Assembly (NCBI GenBank): GCA_012295275.1
Contig: CM022679.1
Coordinates: 14,136,001-14,200,000, forward strand
From: Chrysomallon squamiferum
Taxonomy: Eukaryota > Animalia > Mollusca
Direction of reading: 5' to 3'
Length of the DNA: 64,000 bases
The notes beneath the pieces were generated by a model. The model was given only the letters and a program-made list of their open reading frames with translations. It searched no databases and was not told the origin of the DNA. The position numbers were made by a program, and so were the translations under genes. Below are positions 1 through 64,000 of the stretch, in pieces; position 1 is the first letter of the stretch; the number at the start of each line of letters is the position of its first letter.

Positions 1-645
1 AATGTTTAAACAAATAAAAGTAATTCATTTTACCATCACATCACTGTCAAAGACATAAGTTTACTATTCTAAGTCACTATAAACAATAATAAATTCAAAA
101 TTTCTTATTGTTCTGTTGTAACTTCAAAAAGGGTTTCTGAATATAGTATTTTTTGTATGATGGATATTTACTATTCCTGAACAAATTTTAACTTCTTAGA
201 CAAAATATCAGTTCCAAGTTGGAGTTAAAAACACAACATAAAATAAAATATATATTTAACCCTATGTAAAAAATACTTTGATGTTTCTTCATTTGTTATC
301 AGAATATTCCTCAAATCCGACAGAGCAAAAATAACATGGGAAGGTCTTTTTATCATAAATGATATATTATTTTTCTCATAAAGATTGTAATGTTGTATCC
401 TATTTTTTTTTTTACACAGATATATTTTATTTTCGTGGATCAGAAAGATTTACATATATATATATATATATATATTTTTTTGAGATCAGAAAGATGTAAT
501 TTTATATTTTAAAGTTTAAAAAACAAAGAAAAAAGATGTAATTTATTCATCACAGTGATATATTTAGTTTCACTGTAGATGCACTACCTTGGCTGATCAT
601 AAAGGAAGAGTGGTAATAAAAATGTGATGTGGTTTCATTTTTCAG

Positions 646-24882
<24,237 letters not shown>

Positions 24883-26373
24883 ATATTGTCTCCATCTTCC
24901 CAACCCCTGTGATTAAACTCTTTCATTGTGGAAGGGACTTCATACTTGACCTTTCCATATTTTTTTGTCCGAAATGAATTGGGACAAAAAGTGTTGTTTT
25001 TTTTTCCTTTTTAAACATATTCATTTTAAATTCTGTTGGGAAGAAGAAAGCAGAGGGCTGTGCACTGAGCAAAAAAGGAGACAAAGATTGGAAAAAAAAA
25101 CTGAGAAAAAGAAAATATTTCCAGTGCTGCAAGTTCCAATCATGTGAATTTTGTCAGCTCACCACAGCCATTGACTGGTAGGAGCAGACTGATTGAGCCG
25201 GAAGTCAAGAGAGAAGAAATGAAAAGCTGGGCTTACCAAGAAACAAGGGAAGCAATTCTTGGTCAGGGGAAGTAACCCACGTTTAGGGAGGTAACTCATG
25301 ATCAGGGAGAAGTAGCTCATAAATAAGAAATGGCTTGTCCATCTTGTTAGTGGGAAGATCTTTCTTGATACTTTTGTCTAAGATAATGATGAATAATGCC
25401 TCACAGACGTAACTCTAAATAAAAATATATATATTATATACATCTATATATATTGTGAAATGTTTATCAAAAAATTGAAACAAAAAGGAAAAACAAAAGA
25501 CTTTCCTCAAATAAGCCATTTCATTGTACAGTTTTGTTTATTTTTTTCTGTTAATTTTTTCTGGACATTGGTGTGAATGTGATAACGATGTCATATTCAT
25601 TTTGTTTCCTCTGAACAAATCAGGACATACAATTTCAAGGGATTCATATCAAATCAACGTTGTAGAGGCAGCAGAACTGAAATCACATTTTTATTAAACT
25701 TTGTTTTGTTTTCTTTGTTGACATGGGGGCTAATAATTATTTAACAAAAAAAAAAAAAAAAAAATTCTAAAAAAAAAAAAAAAAATGACAACAAAAAAAC
25801 AAAACAAAACAAGACAAAACCTCATTGGTGCGAGGTGACCTGTGGTTGTCATGGAAACATTTTTTAAAAGTTTCATCACCATCATGTAGTTGTTTTTATT
25901 TTTCATGGAGCTATACAGAACATTAAATATAAAACTGAAAAAGAAGATTAAAAAATATATATATAATTTATATTGTCATATTGGGATTGATGATGTACTG
26001 TTGATGAACGACGAAGTGGAAAATTAACATGGTTTAGCATTGTTTTTATTAAGACGTGTCACCCAATGAACTTGCAATATTTTTTACTTTGGATCACATT
26101 TATTTAAATTAATTTAGTTGTGATCTATTGTGCAACTCTGTTGTTGTTCTTTTATTTGTATGCAATGATTAAAAAAAAACATGAGGCAATAGGTGTCCAG
26201 AAGAAGTCACTGTAATAATAAAACTAAAAAAAAAATAAATAAAAAAACCCGTAAATAATGTATGCACTGTCTGGCAATCATATTTAATATTGTTGCATTT
26301 ATTAACTTTGTCAGTCTTATATTTCAAACACATTTTTTTTTTTTGTGTCTGAATTGTAAGACTAGAGAGGTTA

Positions 26374-26411
<38 letters not shown>

Positions 26412-29400
26412 GATTTCTTTATTAATTTTTTCTAAAAAGAAATGTTTATCTCAAATTTCTTATGGTGTTCTTATTTTTAAAAGTTAAATTTGCACTTTAT
26501 AAAGGCAGCTAATTTTCCCCTCATGACCTTGCCATCCAAGCTTTTCAGTTCTTTTTTACAAGCATGCTACTTGTTATAGATTTTCTAAAATAAAATTCTG
26601 TAATAATATTATTATTATTATTATTATATTTTCTGAAAATATGTAATGATGCAGATTAATTTAAGGGTAATGGTTAATTATTAATATCTATTTTCCGAAG
26701 TCATATTAATTAGTCACGATATATTTACGTTGTTTTCTTGATTTGTTTAACAGTTGAATTATGAGTATATTATGAAGTAAATGTTTTTTTTTCATTTTGA
26801 AGTAATCATAACAGAAATAAAATGCTCAGTTAAAATTAACACAATCCATAAGAAATTCGAGAAAAATATTTTATTATCAAGTCTTTTTATATTATTTAAA
26901 ATTTAATTATAAAAAAGAATTTTTTAAATTATTTTTAGCAAAAATAAAATAAAATACAATATATTTTGTGAAGATTGTGTTGTGCTCTCACACCCAAACC
27001 ACACTGTAGGTAGACTAGTCCATGACAGCTGATAGTTATTTCCTTTTCATGTTAATTAAAAATGTTGCATGCATTTGTTTTTTTTTGTGAAAGCACGTGT
27101 ATCTGAAGTTTTGTTCTTAAGAAAATCTAAATGGAAATCAGAAAATTTTTAAAATTAACTTTTAAAAATAAATTCTTCTTTTTTTTATTGTTAACAAATA
27201 AATTCTTATAATATATTTATGGCAATTATTTTTTATTTTATTTTATTTTATTTTTTAAAAACATTATTGTTTTTGTAATTCTAATTTTTACTTTTTAAAT
27301 GTTAATTCCTTTTCGGTTACAAAATTATTTTTAAAGCTGTGCTTTATTATTATTTTTTTTATTTTTTTATTTCTGTGACTTCAACCAAAACATTTTAAAT
27401 TTTATTTATTTATTATTTATTTATTTATTTATTATAATATAATGGATTAACAAATGCTTTATGTAATGTTTTCATTTCTGTTAAATTTTAAGAATAAAAA
27501 TTAAATCACAATCGTACAAAATAATTAATTAAAAAAAAAAAAAAGAAAGCAAATTGATAGACCATACAAAATGAAAATTAATCTTAACTAAGCATTATTT
27601 GTAAATTCATCAATTTAATTTATTTTTTCTTTCTTACATATATTTCAAAAATGTATTACTGCTATTACATGGAAAGCATTAAAATGCCACCTTCACCAAT
27701 TGTAAAAACCTCAGAAGTGTATTTTATTTTATTTTTATTCAAAAAAAAAAAAAAAAAATCAAATTCTTAATTCTACATAGTTAGACAATGTCTTCAAGAG
27801 CATTGATAACCTTATGCAATTATTTCTTATTATTTTTCTTCGTTTTTTTAAATTTGTTTGTGATGACAGTCTCAGGAGTTTTCTTTATCAAAAAAAACAA
27901 ACAAAAAAAAGCAAACAAAAAACATAAACATCGGCCTTCTTCTATGAAGACTGCCCCCTCATTGCCCAATTGTTGCCATACACACACAGTGACACCTCTT
28001 ACTTGTTATGTAAATTATTTATACCATTTATTATTATTATTATTATTTTATTTTTATTTTAAATTTTTTTAATTTTTTTTTTTGTGTATATTGTACATAA
28101 AACAGTTAGTTGTCCAAAGCATCATGTTGAACATTTTTAAAACAAAAAAAAAAGACAAAAATAGTCTCCATGTTAGAATGTAAATAGTTGGCAACTCCCC
28201 CCTGCCCCCTAGTGTGAGGAGAATAAGTCAGCATTATTTTATTATTATTATTATTATTATTATTAATCGTGGAAAGGAAGAAAGTTTCCATGAAAAAATG
28301 CTGTAATATTTTCAAACAAAGAAGTTGCAGCAGACACGGCCTTTAACAATTCTTATTGTTATTTCTTTTAACTTTGGTGATTTTAAAATTTTTAATAAAA
28401 GCATAGAATGTCTGTCAAATTGTTGAGGATTAAAAAAATTACAAATCAAATAATAATTATCATTATTATTATTTTTTTTTTTTTTTTTTTTACAAATAAC
28501 TTTGGTGAGATGTTTTGGGATTTTTAAATTTTTTTAATTTAATTTTTTTAATTATGATTTTGTAATTATGTTTGTTAATATAGCATGTTGTTAGGTTTGA
28601 GGGACATCATATTCAAATTCTGAGAAAATATTTAAAACAAATTTTATATATATATATATTTTTTAGTTAAAATGGTAGTGCCATATTGTCTCAGTACTGT
28701 TATAAACAAAAACAAATTTATAAAATTTTAAATTTAGAAGATCATAATTTTTACACAGTTCTTTACTTTAAAAAAGAAGTAGAAGAAAAAAGATTTTTAT
28801 CCATAAAATATTTTGACTAAATATTATCAAAAATAAATTTGTGTACTTGTAATATCTCTGCATTGTAAATGAAACCAAAAATTGCTCTTAAAATTTATTT
28901 TAAAATTCCAAAATAATATAAAATTTTTATTAATAATTAAAACTAATAAATATTATGTTGCAAGTAAATTTTCTTGCTTTTATTATAAAATTTATAGATA
29001 AATAACAAATAAAATCAAAATAATAAAAATTGAACAAAAATTACTTTCATCTAGAGAAAATAAATTATTATATTGTTTAAAAATGAAGAAATTCTTTAAG
29101 ACTTGTTATACAGGCCTTGTTTTATTATTCTGTTATTTTATTTATTTTATTTTATTTTTATTTATTTATTTATTTATTAATTAAATTAATTTTTGCTTTA
29201 GAAAATAGAAACACAGCTTCTTACACTTAAAAATACTAGTAGTTTGTAGCAAGCAGTTTACTGCCAGTTACCAAGTGTTCCACTTTTCATGGGGTTTTGA
29301 AAATTACTCATCACTTAATTTATTGAGGTAATTTTAAATAGGCATGAAAACTGGTACATGTTGAAAACTGAACAGTTGCTGCTAACAATCCTCGACTACC

Positions 29401-30290
29401 GCTTTGCTCTGGAGCTGGTTGTGAAAATAAAGACAAAAAATATTTATTATATTCTTGTACAGTTTATTTTTTAATTGTTTCAGTTTTGTTTTGTTTTGTT
29501 GATTATTATTATTATTATTATTTTTTTTTTTTTTTTTTTTAAAATAAAAAGATCTTCTGACATTATCATATACAACATTCTTCAATATTTTGTAACATTT
29601 GTTATGAGAAATCGATAATATTTGCTTTCAATTTTTATCAACTATATCATATTTTAAAACTTATGACAGAAATATGACACAAAACATCACACAAAAAAAA
29701 AAAAAAAATGAATAAATAAAAAAAGTTTACTTATACACATTTTTATATACCAAGACATTTTTAGAGGAAATTTAAATTTTTTAATGCATAGACGTTTACC
29801 ATTAAATACATATTTTTTGAAAAAATTAGCTTAATTATAAAATATTATCAATTTCACATAAGAGATAACATTTAAAAAAAAAGAAAGAATAATAAAAATA
29901 TTAACTGATTCTAAATTTGAAATAACTAAAAAAAATTTCAAACCTGGTGTTTTAATAATTAACCACCATCAAAGATTCATTATTGGTTACCTCGCCACCT
30001 GAAAACTACATCACTTGTTGAATGTGGGCTTACCTCTTTTTACCTAGGTTTTTTCATTTTTTTTTTCATTTGTTATTGTAAATCCTGGTAACCCCCCTTC
30101 CAACTCACACCACTCCCCCCTTTGTCACTGTCATTTCAGTGTGTTTTTACCACCACAAAAAGAAACTTTTATTTATGTAAATGCAGTAGAAGGTTTCTCT
30201 TTGTGTGCTATGTTTGTCTTGTGTATAAAATTTCATGACAAAACACCAAAAATGTACTTTAGTCCCTCTCATGTGATCATTATTTAATCC

Positions 30291-30340
30291 AATAAATGAT
30301 ATAAAATCTTTGTTCATCTTTTGTTTTAGTTTTTTGTTTG
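30291..30340 (+). terminator. Probable distal poly(A) signal of ZMIZ1 (3'UTR ~5.4 kb)
   Basis: AATAAA at 30291-30296, upstream TGTA motifs, downstream U/GU-rich tract; other AATAAA hexamers exist so not unique. Confidence 0.4.
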
Positions 30341-30520
30341 CTCGTTTTAAATTGTCTAGTACAGGGGGTTGTGAAATGTTTTAGACCATCAACCTTTTCA
30401 TGGAATCCTTGGTCTTTCATCAACCCCAAACATATAAAATAAAATAAAATAAAATAAAATAAATATCATCAATAATAAATTTCCTTGTTTAAGGGTAAAT
30501 GATTATTAAATTATCTAGTA

Positions 30521-30813
30521 CAGGAGGTTGTGAAATATTGTAGACCATCAACCTTTTCATGGAATCCTTGGTCTTTCATCAACTCCCAACACATTAAAAT
30601 ATATATATATATATATATATTATTAATACTAAATTTCTCTGTTTAATGGTAAATAATTAACTATGATAATTTTGTTTTTTCTATAAAAAAGAACAATAAA
30701 AGATCATATTAATTGTATTTTTATTCCAATACATAATTGATCCCTGTGTTTATTTACCCATAAATATTTATCAGCCCCTTGGATAATCCCATCTACCATT
30801 TTCCCCACCCCTG
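30521..30813. mobile_element. Degenerate hAT-like non-autonomous element (MITE); left ~160 bp tandemly duplicated from 30354
   Basis: Ends CAGGAGGTTGTGAAAT / revcomp CAGGGGTGGGGAAAAT; 8-bp flanks ATCTAGTA (30513-30520) and ATCCAGTA (30814-30821). Confidence 0.5.
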
Positions 30814-32715
30814 ATCCAGTATAATATATACGTCATTCAACACTAATCACAATACACCAAGTTGTAGCAGAATCTCTCTCTTACCAGTAATATGCTTAGG
30901 TTTACTTTTCTTTTTTTAACATAGATTACATTTTTGTTAGGTGTTGATTCCCACTTCCCTTCTCATTTCTGCCAACATGATCAAAATTTAATTTCATTTG
31001 TAGAATTCTCTCTCTCTCTCTCTCTCTTTTTTTAAATATTTTTTTTGGATTATAAATAAACAAACCAAAATGTGGCAAAAGAGTATTACATGTTTTATTC
31101 AAGAAACAGACAAAAACAGATAAAAAATACATTTGTTATGATGATGTTGTTGTGGATGAAGATAGCACAAGACTGCATAATGATTGAGCAACAGCAAAAT
31201 TCAAGCAGTGGCACATGCATATTGGTCATTTTTTAAAATTATCTCCAACATAAATGAATAATATTGTCAATAGGAAGATTAATTTGGGATTTAATCCCCT
31301 TTTGTTCCTGATACAATAAGAATATATGCAAAACTTTTGTTTTTGTTCATAAAGAGATGTAGCAATAAAAAAAAAAAAGATAAATAAAAAGTATTCAGAT
31401 TCTTGAATTATTTAGCAATGAAATTCCATAACATGGTGGTACAAATAACTTAGTACTGATAAAACAGTTAATCAATGATGTTATTCAAGTGAAATGAAAT
31501 CCAGGGTATAAAAAAAAAGAAATAAAGAAAGAAATACACTAATAATAATTGTGATAATAGTAAAAAGTTATAAAAATACTAATTAAAAAAGTTAATAATA
31601 ATAATTATTTTTAAAAATATATATATAAAAAGAATAAAATAATAATAAATATTTCAAAAAAGAAACATTAACAGAGATTAATGCCTATTTTTTCAACATA
31701 TATTTTCTAACACAGACACAGCACAAATTTGATTAATTCTGTTTCTTGAAATTGCGTAAAATTATAAAACAACAAAAACCCGAACACTATATTTGTATAT
31801 AAATCAGCTATAACTAACAATAACACTAGTATATGGACTAATAATAATAATTGTGAAAACAGAATATATATTTTTTTTATACATCTAAAAAATATATCTC
31901 TGAAATATATACTGAACATAATTCTTGTTTTATTTTGACTAATGGAATGATATTTACATTCAAATACATTTTAATATTTAATATTTAAAATTTAACGGAA
32001 AAAAAAAAAAAAAAATAAAAATAAAATACTGAATATAAAATTCTCATGGAATGAAATTTATATTCAAATATTTTTTAAAATTTAATACAATTGGAACAGT
32101 ACAGTATGGATGAAAATATCCTTTTAAAATTAAATATGAGTATTATTATATTGCAGTATATTTGAAAATACCCTTTGAAATGCAATTAAGATACAATATA
32201 TTTTGCGATTGTCACAAAATAATGGTGAATGATATGAAACTAATAAAATGTAACTGGCTCAGGCATGTGAAATATGTTTTTGATTATCGAAAGTACTATA
32301 TGGCATACAATGTACAGCATATTTGTAATTGTAAACAGGTATGTCATATTTAATTCATTAATAACTGTCAAAAGAATGTTACTTGAAATACAAAATATTT
32401 AATTAGCATAAGCAAGGCATATGAAATGAATTTGTAATTTTCATAAGAATGAGTGAAACAAAGTGTTTCTATCTAAGGTTTGTGATTTTAAGAATTTTAT
32501 CAGAGACACCACCAAAAATCAGTAATTACTTTGAAAGGGAACAAAATCAAAAATCACCTATTTAAAAATTATTATCACAAAAAAAGCTATATCTCAACAT
32601 AAATATAATTTTAAAATCCTATTTAAGACATAACATATATTAAAATACTGTAAAACCTAATGAAGATTTTTTTTATCTGTTGTTTTTATTTTTTATTTTT
32701 TTTTTTTTAATCATC

Positions 32716-61227
<28,512 letters not shown>

Positions 61228-61232
61228 CTGAA

Positions 61233-61233
61233 A

Positions 61234-61276
<43 letters not shown>

Positions 61277-61392
61277 GTAATAGTAGTAATAATAATAATA
61301 ATAATAGTAGTAGTAGTAGCAGCAGTAGTAGTAGTAGTAGTTAGTAATAGTAGTAGTTGTAATAGTAGTAGTAGTTGTAGTAGCTGTAGTAA

Positions 61393-61440
<48 letters not shown>

Positions 61441-61444
61441 CAGC

Positions 61445-61487
<43 letters not shown>

Positions 61488-61495
61488 ATAGTAAT
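61233..61495. repeat. (AAT)n/(AGT)n compound microsatellite abutting an exon acceptor
   Basis: Directly visible. Confidence 0.95.
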
Positions 61496-61519
61496 AAATA
61501 TTTAAACAAATGAAAATGT

Positions 61520-61720
61520 GGAGGTTCAAAACTGAGATCAACCAATGGTTGTCTGACAAAGTTTGAAAAAAAAAAAAAAAAATGAATAAACAAATGAAAA
61601 CAGATATATATCAACAACAACAACAACAATAATAATAATGAAATTTAAAAATTAAATTTAACAGAACAAGCAGAGGGACAAAACCATGATCTACCAATGC
61701 CTGTCTGACAAATTCTGAAA
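61520..61720 (-). pseudogene. Two decayed partial copies of the 5' end of the 126-nt RAP1GDS1 exon
   Basis: NFVRQPLVDLSFEPP (acceptor AG mutated to AA) and EFVRQALVDHGFVPLLV (AG intact) versus functional ESVRQPLVDLNFVPPLV. Confidence 0.8.
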
Positions 61721-62119
61721 TAGTAATTGTTTTCTTTAATAATCATATAAGAAAATAATAACATTAATGTTGTATTGTTTATGTTATGATATGAATGTTA
61801 TAATGAATAAAAGCAAAAAATAAAGGGTGAAATGTTTTATATATTGTTTTTTTTTCCTTCTTCTGAAAAGACTTAATGTTATGTCAAAATAGTTTGAAAT
61901 ATCTAGTTATTGTTTTATTTTTAGTATCAGGGAAAAAGAAATAAATGGTTTTCTAAATATATACTTTGATAAAACTTTATGATATGAAATATGAAACTGA
62001 TATTTTTTATTCTTATATGTATGTTGTTTTCTTATAACACCACTGCTAATATAATCTTTAACATAATAATATTATCTTTTTAAAGAAACTATTATTCACA
62101 TTTTAACTAAATATTACAG

Positions 62120-62169
<50 letters not shown>

Positions 62170-62170
62170 A

Positions 62171-62201
<31 letters not shown>

Positions 62202-62588
62202 GCACATTGTGATGAATTTCTTAAAGGTCTTTGAAACAGTTGTGTAATAGTATTGTTCATCAAAACTAAGAAGATATTGAAAAGAGGAAGTATTGGCTAG
62301 GGATGATTCCACTGGTAAATGAAAGACATATTTATGCAGATTAATTCTACACACTCCACCTAGCAGCAAGACTGGAAAATTGGTCAATTAGGTTTTATAT
62401 GGAAAAAAATGAAGAAAAAAGAAGTTGTAAAAGCTTGTTTTCAAAGGAATAAGCTTATAGATTTTTCTTTTCTTTCTTTTTAGGTTATATTTGTATATAG
62501 GTGTTTGTATTTTATTTAGTTTATTTTTTGTTTATTTTCTTTTCATTGGTTTTTTGTAATTTTTAAAATATTTTACATTTATTTTAAC

Positions 62589-62632
<44 letters not shown>

Positions 62633-64000
62633 TACATATATATACATACATACATACATACATATATATACATAATACATACATACATACATACATATAT
62701 AGATACATGTATATATATAATTTTGCTTGAGTATGTATGTATGTATGTATATATATAAAATAAACACACACACACACACACACACACATATATGTAAAAA
62801 AATGGAGAATAATCATAACTGAATTAGTGAAAATTATCAGCTACAAGGTGGAGGATGACAGTTATATTAATTGTAAGATGAATATCCTCAGAGTTTTAAT
62901 TTAGACTTGGAATTCTGAAGACTGCTTAACAATAGTTAAGTTTGTTCTATTCTGTTTACTTTCAGTCTGGTTTCATTTCCTGAATTTTAATTTGTTATTC
63001 ATATCAAAATTTTTTTTGAGTTTTAAAATTTTAATATTTCAGTAAAAATGTACAGCTGTGAAATTTTTAGTTCTTTGAGTACTTCAGTCAAATACATGAC
63101 ATGAAATTTAAAAAAAATGAAAATCTTAAAGAAAAAGAAAATGCAAAACAAGAATGGAAAAAAAGAAGAAAAAAATGATAACAGAAGAAAAAGAAGAAAA
63201 GATAAATTATGAAAATGAAAGAAAAACAACATTAGTTGGGATTTTTCAGCAAATTAAATTTTCTTGAAACTGAAAAAAACTATGAAATTCGTTCACCCCA
63301 CCCCTGACTGAGGTATTCATATGACTGGCAATCCAGTTATTCACTTGTGAAGATTGGACTGGAATCGAGAGAGAATCATTTCCAAGACAGAATTATTCTG
63401 CCTCAAGTTGTTTTGTTATCTACAAACTGAGCAGTAATTGAATTTTTCAAGCAGAAAACTCTTTTTCAGACCACAGTTCCTAGTACTCTAACTTAATTTG
63501 CTTCCAATCAAACCTGTCAATTGAGAATCAGTGGGGACTGTTAATGATGAATTTCAAATCAAGATGAACAAGTTACTAATTTGTTTTTTGTTTTTAATTT
63601 TTAAAAAAAAGACCCCAAAAAACACATTCTTGCTTTAACTGGACTGCAAAAGTCAAGGAATTCTTGACTCCAGCATTCAGAATTCTCTGAAGTATTTAAA
63701 TTTCACAGTTTTGTATTTTTATTGAAGTAATTTTCATAATTGTTTCTAACTAAAGCATTCAAATTTTGCTTGAAATAGATTCTGTTTAAGTATTAAAATT
63801 TCAGTCTGGTACTGATACAAAGTATGTAAATTTCACAGTCTCGGATTATAAAAAGAAATATTTAATATTAAATTTAACAATTTTTCATTTTGAAAAAGTA
63901 TTTAAATTTTAGTTTTGGATTAAAATAAAGTATTGAAATTTCACAGCATTGTATTTTTATTAAACTTATTTAAATGTCCAGTTTAACCAAACATAAATAA

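Noticed and set aside
61750-64000. Search for upstream RAP1GDS1 exons
   Set aside because: No ARM-like exon with suitable splice sites found; they probably lie beyond the window.

Overview
Very AT-rich, microsatellite-rich eukaryotic (metazoan, probably mollusc-like; inference only) genomic DNA with two convergent, intron-rich genes, both 5'-truncated by the window edges. Plus strand: ZMIZ1/Zimp10/tonalli-family SP-RING (MIZ) coactivator, 15 coding exons traced from 646 to the stop at 24882 (about 875 codons, all junction phases consistent), with a 13.5-kb intron and a probable ~5.4-kb 3'UTR. Minus strand: RAP1GDS1/SmgGDS (vimar) armadillo-repeat GTPase chaperone, 12 exons from 61227 to ~32716, every intron phase 1. 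Nearly all ORFs in the supplied track are low-complexity artefacts. The most interesting signals are in splicing: two tandem in-frame microexon candidates (12 and 15 nt) and a hairpin-embedded 69-nt cassette in RAP1GDS1, an exact 147-nt counterpart of the exon that distinguishes vertebrate SmgGDS-607 from -558, decayed duplicate acceptor copies, an apparent frameshift in the last RAP1GDS1 exon, and a candidate internal promoter/alternative first exon plus a 48-nt cassette in ZMIZ1. Orthology calls rest on recalled human protein sequences, not a database search.
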